64,000 nt of DNA from Eledone cirrhosa (GCA_964016885.1 OZ024741.1:402318001-402382000); one strand, 5' to 3'; numbered from the stretch's first letter, positions 11,692 through 24,655 are shown. The notes: generated from the sequence alone by a model not told the origin. Made by a program: numbers and translations.

Positions 11692-13506
11692 ATCATCATC
11701 ATCATCATCATCATCGTTTAACGTCCATCTTCCACGCTTGCATGGGTTTGGACGGGAGTTTTCCCACTTGAGGCAAGAGTCGTTGTCTTGCTCGCATAGG
11801 ACTGTCTGGCAGGTTTTCTACGGCTGGATACCCTTCCTAACACCAACCACATTTACAGTGTGGAACTGGGAGGTTTTTACCGTGTTGCCTACACGGCCAC
11901 ATTACAGCGTGGACTGTGTTTACACGATCTCATTTGTTTCGGCCTGGATGTTGTGGCACCAACATAACTTTACATTGAAAGGGACGGTGTGGATGGGGTG
12001 GGGGTAGTGGGACGGGGGTGTATTTTGTTAGAGATGCCTACTGACTGTAGTAGGTTTTACTTTGTATTTAGGCAAGGCGGGTCTTCTCTATTACTGAGTA
12101 CCGCCAAAGATCTCGGTCCAGTGACATTGTCTTGGAGAGGTGTAAGTGTGTGAGGTCGGAATATATCAGGTTGTCCCAGGTTTTTCTGGGTCTGCCTACT
12201 CCGTGACTACCGTCTATTTTTATTGCCCTGCACTTTTTTATACAGCTGTCGTCTTTCATGCGCATCACGTGACCATATCAACGTAGCCTTCTCTCGAGTA
12301 AACATCTGATCCCTCTTATTTCTAATTTTTCCCTTAGTTCGTTAATGCTTTGCTGTTCACGTATATTACTATTACTCATCCAGCGGAGCATGCAAGTTTT
12401 GTTCCTCTTTAGTCTGCGAATATCCTCTGCACACAATGCCCAGGTCTCACTGCCATGCAACATTGCTGTTCGTATGCAGGCATCATACAGCCTGCCTTTC
12501 ATTTTTAGGGAGAACCCTTTAGCGGCTAATAGTGGTATAAGCTCTCTGAATTTTTTCCATCCAGTTCTGACTCTAGCTACTCTACTTTCAGAGCACCCTC
12601 CCCCACTGCTGATTTTATCACCCAGGTAATGGAAGCTATCCACTATTTCTATAGAACCCTCTGTGCAATTGAAAGAGCTAGTATTTTGTGGGCACTTGCT
12701 GCTACTTATTGCACCAGAGCACCAGCCACATGTAAAATCTATGTTCTTAGTTAGCTTACCTGTGATCCCACTACATCTTTTATGCACCCATACTTTGCAT
12801 TTGGGACATAAAATAGAGTTTCTACCTTCGCCTTTCCTACACACTGAGCATGGCCATTTCCCGGATGGGACCGGCGCCCTATTTTTCTTCCTACAAACTA
12901 GAACTTTAGTCTTAGCCAGGTTAATTTTAAGGCCTTTTGATTCTAGGCCATGCTTCCATGTTTGGAATTTCTTCTCTAGTTCGGCCATTGATTCAGCTAT
13001 GAGGGTTAGATCATCTGCGTATAGGAGTTCCCATGGGCAGCCGGTCTTGAACTCCACTGTTATAGCCTGAAGGGCAATAATAAATAGTAGGGGGCTAAGA
13101 ACGGAGCCCTGATGAACATCAACTTTTACGCTAAACTCTTCACTATATTCGTTGTTAATTCTAACCTTGCTGACTGTTTCTTTATACATGGCTTGTATAG
13201 CTCTCACAAGCCATTCATCAACACCTAGTTTTCTAAGAGCCCACCAGATAATGGAACGGGGGACTCTGTCGAAGGCTTTCTCCAAGTCGACAAAAGCTAA
13301 GTATAGGGGTTTACTTTTAGCTAGGTACTTCTCCTGTAGTTGTCGTACAATGAAAAGAGCGTCTGTGGTACTTTTGCCTGATACAAACCCGAACTGCATT
13401 TCATCTAGATCAATTCTCTCTCTGATTAGTTGTGCTATTACTTTTTCCGTGACCTTCATGACCTGGTCGATTAATTTAATGCCTCTATAGTTACTCCTAT
13501 CTAGAT
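11692..13506 (-). mobile_element. 5'-truncated RTE LINE, close sibling of the intact copy at 16447-20123
   Basis: RT and PHD-like region nearly identical to the intact ORF; premature stop at 12278; (GAT)n tail at ~11692-11715. Confidence 0.93.
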
Positions 13507-13627
13507 GTTTGTACAATTATTGTACAATTCTCGTAAAATATATGTCACATCTATTCCACCCTGTAAATACGAAACTGTTGCTCACAACATCAATTTATAT
13601 ATATCTATATTATTGTTCAGTTGGATA

Positions 13628-13965
13628 TCATCATCATTTCATTTTACGTCTGTTTTTCCCTGCTTGCAAGGGTGGGACAGGAACTGATTCTGGCTTGATT
13701 TCTACAGCTGGATGCCCTTCCTAACACCAACCTCATTTACAGTGAGTGCTGGGTGCTTTTATGCCGTGGCACCTCGACGATCACTTTGCAGTGGAATGAT
13801 ATGGATCCCAGTCCTATCATCTCATTTCTACAGCTGAGTAAACTGGAGCAATGTGAAATAAAGTGTCTTGCTCAAGGAAGCAACACATCACCCGGTCTGA
13901 GAATTGAACTCACAACCTTTCGATTGCAAGGCCAATCCTCTAACCACTAAGCCATGTGCCTCCAT
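13628..13965 (-). mobile_element. Family A SINE with long target-site duplication
   Basis: Full SINE flanked by TATCTATATTATTGTTCAGTTGGATA at 13602-13627 and 13973-13998. Confidence 0.9.
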
Positions 13966-14134
13966 TTAGATGTATCTATATTATTGTTCAGTTGGATAGG
14001 AGTGTAATTATATGTGCAAACATTGATAATGCTCCGATGACTCCAAACGAGAGTTTGAAAGAAACGATTGTCAGCTATTAAATGATTTGAACACAACTTT
14101 GATAATTGTATAATTTATTTATATATGATATATA

Positions 14135-14172
<38 letters not shown>

Positions 14173-14182
14173 CATGTGTATA

Positions 14183-14225
<43 letters not shown>

Positions 14226-14244
14226 GTGTATATAAATGTGTGTG

Positions 14245-14275
<31 letters not shown>

Positions 14276-14356
14276 GTATGTGTGTGTATATATATATATG
14301 TATATATATATATGTATGTGTGTGTATATATATATATATGTATATATATATGTATG

Positions 14357-14393
<37 letters not shown>

Positions 14394-14396
14394 GTA

Positions 14397-14429
<33 letters not shown>

Positions 14430-14507
14430 ATATATACACACACACATATATATACATATTTATATATATACACACACACACATATATATACATATATATA
14501 TATACAT

Positions 14508-14591
<84 letters not shown>

Positions 14592-14593
<2 letters not shown>

Positions 14594-14928
14594 GGAGGCA
14601 CATGGCTTAGTGGTTAGAGCATTGGCCTTGCAATCAAAAGGTTGGGAGTTCAATTCTCAGACCGGGTGATGTGTTGTTTCCTTGAGCAAGACACTTTATT
14701 TCACTTTGCTCCAGTTTACTCAGCTGTAGAAATGAGATGATAGGGTCCCTATCATTCCACTGCAAAGTGGTTGTGGAGGTGCCACGGCAAAAAAGCACCC
14801 AGCACTCACTGTAAATGAGGTTGGTGTTAGGAAGGGCATCCAGCTGTAGAAATCAAGCCAGAATCAGTTCCCGTCCCACCCTTGCAAGCAGGGAAAAGTG
14901 GACGTAAAATGATGATGATGATGATGAT
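14592..14928 (+). mobile_element. Family A SINE
   Basis: A/B boxes, CORE-like body and (GAT)n tail; sits inside a TA microsatellite. Confidence 0.9.
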
Positions 14929-15056
14929 AACACACATACATATATTTATATATACATATATATATATGTGTGTATGTATATATATATATGTATATATATA
15001 TATGTATATATATATATGTATATATATATATGTATATATATATGTATATATATATG

Positions 15057-15087
<31 letters not shown>

Positions 15088-15348
15088 GTATATATATATA
15101 TGTATATATATATATGTGTGTGTATATATATATGTATATATATATGCCTGTGTGTATGTATATATATATGTGTGTGTGTATGTATATATATATGTGTATG
15201 TATATATATATGTGTATGTATATATATATGTGTGTGTGTGTGTATGTATATATATATATGTATGTATATATATATGTGTGTATGTATATATATATGTGTG
15301 TGTGTGTGTGTATATATATATATGTATATATATATATGTATGTGTGTG

Positions 15349-15379
<31 letters not shown>

Positions 15380-15660
15380 GTATGTGTGTATATATATATA
15401 TATGTATATATATATATGTATGTGTGTGTATATATATATGTATATATATATATGCATGTGTGTATATATATATATGTATATATATGTGTATATATATATG
15501 TATATATATATATGTGTATATATATATATGTATATATATATATGTGTATATATGTATATATATGTGTATATATATATGTATATATATGTGTATATATATA
15601 TGTATATATATGTATATATATATATGTATATATATGTATATATATGTGTATATATATATG

Positions 15661-15702
<42 letters not shown>

Positions 15703-15762
15703 TGTGTATATATATATGTGTATATATATATGTGTATGTATATATATGTGTATATATATATG
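14929..15762. repeat. (TA/TG)n microsatellite
   Basis: Direct low-complexity repeats. Confidence 0.95.
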
Positions 15763-16170
15763 GGAGATGACCCCTTAGCCTTTGTCAAGGCAGAATTCTA
15801 GGAGAAGGAAAACTCTAATATAACACCTGCAACCCTGATGGTATCCAATGATGTTGACTTGTTCTTCTTTTTGGTAAATATCATCTTGGTTAAGAGAGTG
15901 GGACTGGCTTTGTGCAGTGCCTTTGCTCACTGTAAAAGCTTCACGGCACAGGCATTGCTTTGTATCTGGAGATCTCTCTGCACTTGTCGTCACATGGTAC
16001 CATGGGCCCAGCACTATGTGTCAATAATTGTCACAGGTGTAGTGTTTGTACCAGAGTTTTCAAGTCGCTGGCTGGACTAAAAAGTCACACTCGTTCAGCG
16101 CATCGGTAGGGGTTCTCCTACATGGATATAAAGTAGTGGCCGTACTCGAAAACGAGTTGGCAGCCACCAT
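15763..16170 (+). mobile_element. Probable RTE 5'UTR-like segment joined to a LINE 3' end encoding a C2H2 zinc finger
   Basis: CTAGGAGAAGGAAAACTCT resembles RTE 5'UTR motifs (from recall); the 3' part encodes [23 protein letters not shown]-stop and is followed by (TA)n. Confidence 0.5.
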
Positions 16171-16446
16171 ATATATATGTATATATATATGTGTATATAT
16201 ATATATATGTGTATATATATATATATATATATGTGTATGTATATATATGTGTATATATATATGTATATATATATATATGTGTGTATATATATATGTATAT
16301 ATATATATATGTGTGTATATATATATGTATATATATATATATGTGTGTATATATATATGTATATATATATATATATGTGTATATGTATATATATATATAT
16401 ATGTGTATATATATATGTATATATATATATATATGTGTATATATAT

Positions 16447-19400
16447 CCAAAGATAAAGCCAAATTCACCTCGTGGACGAGAATGCAAGCACTCCTCCTTG
16501 TTTCGGCCCAGGATGGCTAACATAACCCCATCCCCCCCCGCGCCCCACCGCTCCCACCCTCCAAACGCAATCCAAAACTTCAGAGTTGGTACCATGAATG
16601 TAGGCACCTTAAAGGGTCGCTCTAACGAGGTTGTAGAAATGCTTGAACGTAAGGAGGTCGATGTTTGTTGTATTCAAGAGACCAGGTGGAGGGGAGGGTT
16701 GGCTAGATTCATCGTGGGTAAAGAACGATGCTATAAGCTTTTCTGGGTGGGAAATGACAATGGGTTGGGTGGGGTAGGAATCATGGTAGCAGAAAAGTGG
16801 GCAGATAAGATAATAGACGTAAATAGAGTGAACGACAGAATAATTAAAATAAGACTTGTCCTCAATAAAACTACGGTGACAGTAATATCTGCGTACACAC
16901 CCCAATCCGGACTGCCCCGCGCTATAAAAGACAGATTCTACGAGACACTGATGCTCGCTACCTCCCAAATAACCGACAGTGACTATATAGTTATTGCAGG
17001 CGACCTAAATGGTCACGTTGGACAACATTGTGACGGCTATGACGGAATCCATGGAGGCTATGGGTTCGGTACTAGAAATGAGGAAGGCTCCAGAATCCTG
17101 GAATTCTGCGACGCAAATAACTTAACTATCTGTAACACTAACTTCAAAAAACGAGACAATCACTTGATCACCTATAGATCGGGGGAACACACAAGCCAGG
17201 TAGATTATATCCTTACCAGAAGACGTGACAGAGTGTCTGTTGTTAACACTAAATCCCACCCCCATGAAGAATTCACCTCCCAACATAGACTGATAATTAG
17301 CGACCTCATAGTCAGGACGAGACGTACTAGACAGCGGAAGAGGACTATCCTCAGGAGAAAAATATGGAAGCTAAAGGACCCCATAGCCAGAAATAAATTT
17401 CAAAGCATATTACTTGACGCTTTCGACAGTAAGGAAGAGCAATTAGAGTCGTATAATATAGAGGAACAGTGGGAATTCCTGAGAGCAAACCTGCTGACGG
17501 CGGCAGACGAAGTCTGTGGCTGGAGCAGGCCTGTAGGTAGGAGGAGAGTAACATGGTGGTGGAACAGTAAGGTGGAGGAGTCAATTAAGGCCAAAAAGCA
17601 GGCTTGGAAAGTATGGCGGGATGGGGGAAGTAGAGAAGACTATCAAGTGGCCAGGAGGGAAGCTAGAAGACAAGTGTACTTCGCAAGAAGGGAAGCAGAG
17701 GAAAGAAAGTTCAAGCATGTTCTACAACGTGAGGACCAAAAACGTGAGGTGTTCAGGATTGCCAGGCAATGTGTCAAGGAAAACCGTGATATTGTCAGGG
17801 AGAAGTGTGTACTTAACGATGATGGCATACTTGCCATCACCGACGCTGATAAGAAGGTAGCTTGGAAGTGTCACTACGAAAGGCTTCTAAATGAGGAGAA
17901 CAAATGGGAGAAAGACAGTCTCCCCCAGATCGATCCAATAGAGGGACCAGCAGTGTTAGTTGAAGGTAGTATAATAAGTAAGGCAATCAAAGATATGAAG
18001 ACGGGTAAGGCGGCTGGGCCTTCGGAAATAGTTGCTGAGATGCTGAAGGCATCTGGTTCGGTGGGACACACCATGGTCACCCGGATAGTTAACCAAGTCG
18101 TACAGAATGGGGTTGTTCCGAAGGAATGGCGTAGCAGCATCATCGTTAACTGCTATAAGGGAAAAGGAGATGCCCTAGATAGGAGTAACTATAGAGGCAT
18201 TAAATTAATCGACCAGGTCATGAAGGTCACGGAAAAAGTAATAGCGCAACTAATCAGAGAGAGAATTGATCTAGATGAAATGCAGTTCGGGTTTGTGTCA
18301 GGCAAAAGTACCACAGACGCTCTTTTCATTGTACGACAACTACAGGAGAAGTACCTAGCTAAAAGTAAACCCCTATACTTAGCTTTCGTCGACTTGGAGA
18401 AAGCCTTCGACAGAGTCCCCCGTTCCATTATCTGGTGGTCTCTTAGAAAACTAGGTGTTGACGAATGGCTTGTGAGAGCTATACAAGCCATGTATAAAGA
18501 AACAGTCAGTAAGGTTAGAATTAACAACGAATATAGTGAAGAGTTTAGCGTAAAAGTTGGTGTCCATCAGGGCTCTGTTCTTAGCCCCCTACTATTTATT
18601 ATTGCCCTTCAGGCTATAACAGAGGAGTTCAAGACCGGCTGCCCATGGGAACTCCTATACGCAGATGATCTAACACTCATAGCTGAATCAATGACCGAAC
18701 TAGAGAAGAAATTCCAAACGTGGAAGCACGGCCTAGAATCAAAAGGCCTTAAAATTAACCTGGCTAAGACTAAAGTTCTAGTTTGTAGGAAAGAAAATAA
18801 GGCGGCGGTCCCATCGGGGAAATGGCCATGCTCAGTGTGTAGGAAAGGCGTAGGTAGAAACTCCATTTTATGTCCCAAATGCAAAGTATGGGTGCATAAA
18901 AGATGTAGTGGGATCACAGGTAAGCTAACTAAGAACATAGATTTTACATGTGGCCGGTGCTCTGGTGCAATAAGTAGCAGCAAGTGCCCACAAAATACTA
19001 GCTCCTTCAACTGCGCAGAGGGTTCTATAGAAATAGTGGACAGCTTCCGTTATCTGGGTGACAAAATCAGCAGTGGGGGAGGGTGCTCTGAAAGTAGAGT
19101 AGCTAGAGTCAGAACTGGATGGAAAAAGTTCAGAGAGCTTATACCACTATTAGCCGCTAGAGGGTTCTCCCTAAAAATGAAAGGCAGGTTATACGATGCC
19201 TGCATACGAACAGCAATGCTGCATGGCAGTGAGACCTGGGCACTGTGTGCAGAGGATATAAGCAGACTAGAGAGGAACGAAGCTTGCATGCTCCGCTGGA
19301 TGTGCAATAGTAATATACGTGAACGGCAAAGCATAAACGAACTAAGGAAAAAATTAGAAATAAGAGGGATCAGATGTTGTTTACTCGAGAGAAGGCTACG

Positions 19401-20123
19401 TTGGTACGGTCAGGTGATGCGCATGAAAGACGACAGCTGTATAACAAAGTGCAGGGCAATAAAGATAGACGGTAGCCACGGAGTAGGCAGACCCAGAAAA
19501 ACATGGGACGAGCTGATAAATTCCGACCTCACACGCTTACACCTCTCCAAGACAATGTCACTGGACCGAGACCTTTGGCGGTACTCAGTAATAGAGAAGA
19601 CCCGCCTTACCTAAATACAAAGTAAAAACCTACTACAGTCAGTAGGCATCTCTATCAAAACACACCCCCGTCCCACCACCTCCACCCCACCCACACCGCC
19701 CCTTTCAATGTAAAGTTATGTTGGTCCCACAACATCCAGGCCGAAACAAATGAGATCGTGTAGGTGTCACGACAAAAAACACACAGTCCACGCTGTAAAT
19801 GTGGCCGTGTAGGCAACACGGTAAAAACCTCCCAGCCCCACACTGTAAATGTGGTTGGTGTTAGGAAGGGCATCCAGCTGTAGAAAACCCGCCAGACAGT
19901 CCACGCTGTAATGTGGCCGTGTAGGCAACACGGTAAAAACCTCCCAGCCCCACACTGTAAATGTGGTTGGTGTTAGGAAGGGCATCCAACTGTAGAAAAC
20001 CCGCCAGACAGTCCTATGCGAGCAAGACAACCATTCTTGCCTCAAGTGGGAAAACCCCCGTCCAAACCCATGCAAGCGTGGAACACGGACGCTAAACCTG
20101 ATGATGATGATGATGATGATGAT
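16447..20123 (+). mobile_element. RTE-clade LINE with intact ORF
   Basis: Short 5' leader, single uninterrupted ORF, ~480-bp 3' UTR and (GAT)n tail. Confidence 0.95.
16513..19614 (+). CDS. RTE LINE polyprotein (~1033 aa): APE endonuclease, reverse transcriptase, PHD-type zinc finger
   Basis: APE motifs [30 protein letters not shown]; RT motifs [42 protein letters not shown] 16513 is the first ATG after the microsatellite. Confidence 0.93.
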   Translation: MANITPSPPAPHRSHPPNAIQNFRVGTMNVGTLKGRSNEVVEMLERKEVDVCCIQETRWRGGLARFIVGKERCYKLFWVGNDNGLGGVGIMVAEKWADKIIDVNRVNDRIIKIRLVLNKTTVTVISAYTPQSGLPRAIKDRFYETLMLATSQITDSDYIVIAGDLNGHVGQHCDGYDGIHGGYGFGTRNEEGSRILEFCDANNLTICNTNFKKRDNHLITYRSGEHTSQVDYILTRRRDRVSVVNTKSHPHEEFTSQHRLIISDLIVRTRRTRQRKRTILRRKIWKLKDPIARNKFQSILLDAFDSKEEQLESYNIEEQWEFLRANLLTAADEVCGWSRPVGRRRVTWWWNSKVEESIKAKKQAWKVWRDGGSREDYQVARREARRQVYFARREAEERKFKHVLQREDQKREVFRIARQCVKENRDIVREKCVLNDDGILAITDADKKVAWKCHYERLLNEENKWEKDSLPQIDPIEGPAVLVEGSIISKAIKDMKTGKAAGPSEIVAEMLKASGSVGHTMVTRIVNQVVQNGVVPKEWRSSIIVNCYKGKGDALDRSNYRGIKLIDQVMKVTEKVIAQLIRERIDLDEMQFGFVSGKSTTDALFIVRQLQEKYLAKSKPLYLAFVDLEKAFDRVPRSIIWWSLRKLGVDEWLVRAIQAMYKETVSKVRINNEYSEEFSVKVGVHQGSVLSPLLFIIALQAITEEFKTGCPWELLYADDLTLIAESMTELEKKFQTWKHGLESKGLKINLAKTKVLVCRKENKAAVPSGKWPCSVCRKGVGRNSILCPKCKVWVHKRCSGITGKLTKNIDFTCGRCSGAISSSKCPQNTSSFNCAEGSIEIVDSFRYLGDKISSGGGCSESRVARVRTGWKKFRELIPLLAARGFSLKMKGRLYDACIRTAMLHGSETWALCAEDISRLERNEACMLRWMCNSNIRERQSINELRKKLEIRGIRCCLLERRLRWYGQVMRMKDDSCITKCRAIKIDGSHGVGRPRKTWDELINSDLTRLHLSKTMSLDRDLWRYSVIEKTRLT

Positions 20124-20430
20124 ATGTATATATATATATATATATGTGTATATGTATGTAAGTATATATATATGTGCATATATATATGTATATATATATA
20201 TGTGTGTATATATGTGTATATATATATGTATATATATGTATATATGTATATATGTATATATGTATATATATATGTATATATGTATATATATATGTATATA
20301 TGTATATATGTATATATATATGTATATATATATGTATGTATATATATATATGTATGTATGTATATATGTATGTATATATATATGTATATATGTATGTATA
20401 TATATATATATGTATATGTATATATGTATG

Positions 20431-20590
20431 TATGTGTCAATAATTGTCACAAGTGTAGTGTTTGTACCAGAGTTTTCAAGTCGCTGGCTGGACTAAAAAG
20501 TCACACTCGTTCAGCGCATCGGTAGGGGTTCTCCTACATGGATATAAAGTAGTGGCCATACTCGAAAACGAGTTGGCAGCCACCATATAT
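20431..20590 (+). repeat. Second copy of the ~155-bp C2H2-encoding LINE 3' end
   Basis: Matches ~16015-16170 with 2 substitutions that I could see. Confidence 0.9.
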
Positions 20591-20619
20591 ATATATATGT
20601 GTATATATATATATATATA

Positions 20620-20682
<63 letters not shown>

Positions 20683-21085
20683 GTATTGGTAAACGGTATA
20701 GAAAATGCTGACACATTGTTCACAGTTGAAAAATGGTTTAATTAGGAATAAAAGAGTATTAGTGATTGTATGGGTTAGTATTCAGTTGTGGTTTTAAGTT
20801 TTTAAGTTTTTACTGGTTGCGCATTTCTAAATGCTTTTCAAAAATAATTTTGAGATAGAGTGTCCGTGCTGTTTGCTCTGATCTGATTAGTTTTGGGAAT
20901 TCTACCTGTTTTTATGTTAAAAAAATGGCTCCAGCGTTATTTTTGTGTTGCAAAAATGCTTGTGGTCAAAACAATTTTGATTGGTCGGTAGAGGTCATGT
21001 GAATGTAAAAAGTTGATTTTGCGCCAAGACTGTTTTTATGTTAAAATGTTAGAAAAGTGGCTCCAGCAAAAATTATTGGTCAAAA

Positions 21086-21897
21086 TTCCCTACAACTTAG
21101 CCAAGAGAATCTGTACTATAGTCTCCAATAAAAACATCTGCTACTTACGGCTACAAGAACTAAAGGACACACTCATAGGCAGGGACTACCCTGCATCACT
21201 AATTGACAATGGAATCCAACGTGCCCTAAAACTCAGTACCCAGGACCTTAGACACCCTAAAGTAAATCAACCAAAACTAAAAGCTCTTCCATACATCTCC
21301 ACACACAACCCCCTCAACAACGAGGCCTTTGACACCATCCTCCAGAACATCCCTGTATTGAAAAAGGACCATAGAATGAACCAAATTCTACGAACACACG
21401 ATATCATAAAGAGCAAAAGACAATCCAAGTCAATGAAAAACATCTTAACACATGCCAAAGTACTGCCAACCACAACAACGAAACCCACAGTAAAAAAATG
21501 CGATAGACCCAACTGTGGCATTTGCATCAACCTAATAGAGGGTTCGGAATTCTATTTCAAAGATGGACAACGTTTTATAGTAAAACACAATTTCACATGT
21601 GCATCGGAAAATTTAATATATGTATTAACTTGTTCAGGTTGTCGAGAACAATACATAGGCCAGACCAAAAACAGCCTCCGCCAACGCATGACTGTCCATA
21701 GATCCCAAATTAAAATACGGGAATACAGGAAAATACCACTGAGTGAACACATTGATACCTGCGCCGCCCAAAATCATCCCAACTTCAGAATCTTTCCCCT
21801 CTACAAATTTAAAGATAATGCCACCCACACCCAGCGCATCAGCAAGGAATCTTACTTCATTAACAAATACGGACCCCGTCTAAACACTTCTCCCTAA
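21086..21897 (+). pseudogene. Penelope ORF C-terminus (RT thumb/linker plus GIY-YIG endonuclease), 5'-truncated
   Basis: IPYNLAKRI..L..RDYP, Cys motif CDRPNCGIC, NLIYVLTCSGCREQYIGQTKNSLRQRMTVH, ESYFI..LN. Confidence 0.88.
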
Positions 21898-22306
21898 GAC
21901 GAACCCACAACATACACACGTCAACATACATACCTACATCAGCACACATCTCTACCCACATATAAACACAATGACACACGTAAACACACATGCTCTATGG
22001 TGCAATACAAAAAAATATATGTGCATATATATGTATGTATATATGTATATATATATATATATATGTAGTGAAAATATGTGTGTGTGTGTGTATATATATA
22101 TAGTGAATATCATTTCACACCTTTTATTGTTAAGATTGTTGATGTTCTATTAAGAGAACCGATTTTACTGAAAAAATCGAATAATGTACACCATTTTACC
22201 AGGGGGGAAAAAAATACTGGTCCACCCACACACGCACACACACACACACACACACACATATATACACAAACACATACACACGCGTACATCAACATACAAA
22301 GAGACT

Positions 22307-22341
<35 letters not shown>

Positions 22342-22407
22342 TTCTTCGTATAAGACAAAAGCTGAAAAATATCTTTTGACCTTCGAATGACTCTGCTGTG
22401 TTTATGT

Positions 22408-22443
<36 letters not shown>

Positions 22444-22515
22444 ATCTTAATAGCCATTTGACACACATCGCTGGTGGCTATTGTCGCAGCATCGAACACC
22501 TTACTACTACTACTA

Positions 22516-22579
<64 letters not shown>

Positions 22580-23097
22580 TTGTTGTGAAAGAGTCATTTC
22601 TCAATCTTGGCGCAAAACCAATTTTTTATCCACATGACCTCTACCGACCAATCAAAATTGTTTTGACCAATAATTTTTGCTGGAGCCACTTTTCTAACAT
22701 TTTAACATAAAAACAGTCTTGGCGCAAAATCAACTTTTTACATTCACATGACCTCTACCGACCAATCAAAATTGTTTTGACCACAAGCATTTTTGCAACA
22801 CAAAAATAACGCTGGAGCCATTTTTTTAACACAAAAACAGGTAGAATTCCCAAAACTAATCAGATCAGAGCAAACAGCACGGACACTCTATCTCAAAATT
22901 ATTTTTGAAAAGCATTTAGAAATGCGCAACCGGTAAAAACTTAAAAACTTAAAACCACAACTGAATACTAACCCATACAATCACTAATACTCTTTTATTC
23001 CTAATTAAACCATTTTTCAACTGTGAACAATTTGTCAGCATTTTCTATTCCGTTTACCAATATATAATAACTTGTGTGTTACACCTCTATTCTTTTA

Positions 23098-23109
23098 ACT
23101 ATATATATG

Positions 23110-23156
<47 letters not shown>

Positions 23157-23157
23157 G

Positions 23158-23194
<37 letters not shown>

Positions 23195-23267
23195 GTATAT
23201 ATGTATATGTATATATGTATATATATATATATGTATATATGTATATGTATATATATGTATATGTATG

Positions 23268-23330
<63 letters not shown>

Positions 23331-23351
23331 GTATGTATATATATATGTATG

Positions 23352-23386
<35 letters not shown>

Positions 23387-23391
23387 GTATG

Positions 23392-23424
<33 letters not shown>

Positions 23425-23497
23425 GTATATATGTATATATGTATATATTTATATATACATGTATGTATATATATACATGTATGTATATATATATATG

Positions 23498-23529
<32 letters not shown>

Positions 23530-23545
23530 TGTATATATGTATGTA

Positions 23546-23579
<34 letters not shown>

Positions 23580-23757
23580 TATATATATATATGTATATGT
23601 ATATATGTATGTATATATATATATATGTATATATATATGTGTATGTATATATATATATATGTATATATATATGTGTGTATGTATATATATATATATGTAT
23701 ATATATGTGTGTATATATATATATGCGTGTATGTATATATATATATATATGTATATA

Positions 23758-23807
<50 letters not shown>

Positions 23808-23811
23808 TGTG

Positions 23812-23875
<64 letters not shown>

Positions 23876-24060
23876 TATGTGTATATATATATATATTTAT
23901 ATATGTGTATATATATATATATATATGTGTATATATATATATATATGTGTATATATATATATATATATGTGTACATATATATATATATGTGTGTATATAT
24001 ATATATATGTGTGTATATATATATATGTGTGTATATATATGTGTATATATATATATATAT
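23098..24060. repeat. ~960-bp (TA)n-rich microsatellite
   Basis: Direct low-complexity repeats. Confidence 0.95.
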
Positions 24061-24071
24061 CAGGAATCATC

Positions 24072-24124
24072 GGGATTCCTGATGATTTCTAATGAATGAA
24101 ACAGTTCTAGTCCTGTAGAATCTC
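24072..24124 (+). ncRNA. Type I hammerhead ribozyme motif (Penelope-associated)
   Basis: Stem I GGGATTC/GAATCTC, core CTGATGA, stem II TTC-TAAT-GAA, GAAA, stem III CAG..CTG, GUA cleavage triplet. Confidence 0.75.
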
Positions 24125-24284
24125 ATCTATATTAAAACTTTTATACTCTGCTATGTATTGAGTACCTTACTTACTGTGGTTACCTCCGATTCAACCCGGA
24201 ATAACGTATATAATTATATATATATATGTATGTGTGTATATATATGTATATATATATATGTGTATGTATGTGTGTATATATATG

Positions 24285-24317
<33 letters not shown>

Positions 24318-24655
24318 GTGTATGTATGTGTGTATGTATATGTATATATATATGTATATGTGTATGTATGTGTGTATATATATGTATTTGTGTATATATA
24401 TGTATATATATATATATATGTATATATATGTATATATATATATATGTGTATATATGTATGTATATATGTTCACGTATATATGTGCATGTATGTGTGTATA
24501 TATATATATATAGATTTATGTATATCTATATGCATGTGTGTGTATATATATTATATATATATATGTGTGTGTTTACATATATATGAAAACAAATATGTAT
24601 CACTCTCTCTCTTTCTCTCTGTATATATATATTTATGCATAGAGAAAGAGATGCA

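Larger units (their letters stand above)
10750..14123 (-). mobile_element. Penelope-like remnant with ~400-bp inverted repeat, split by nested RTE and SINE insertions
   Basis: 10875-11280 is the reverse complement of 11503-11693 + 13507-13627 + 13999-14123; hammerhead-like motif at 14027-14080. Confidence 0.7.
20686..24210 (+). mobile_element. 5'-truncated Penelope-like element with inverted pseudo-LTR
   Basis: GIY-YIG ORF remnant; ~400-bp inverted repeat (20686-21085 vs 22663-23062); hammerhead at 24072-24124. Distal boundary inferred. Confidence 0.85.

Noticed and set aside
14078-15801. Long YI/HT/CV-rich ORFs (also at 466-949, 8288-9376, 19767-20723, 23074-25265)
   Set aside because: Dinucleotide microsatellite artefacts open in several frames.
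16177-16512. N-terminal YI/CV-rich extension of the 1145-aa ORF
   Set aside because: Mostly read-through of a stop-free (TA/TG)n microsatellite; the plausible start is ATG 16513.
16609-19334. Antisense ORFs overlapping the RTE
   Set aside because: Shadow frames of the LINE ORF with no recognisable motifs.
20686-23062. DNA transposon with 400-bp TIRs
   Set aside because: The enclosed ORF is a truncated Penelope GIY-YIG region, not a transposase, and an inverted pseudo-LTR explains the repeat.
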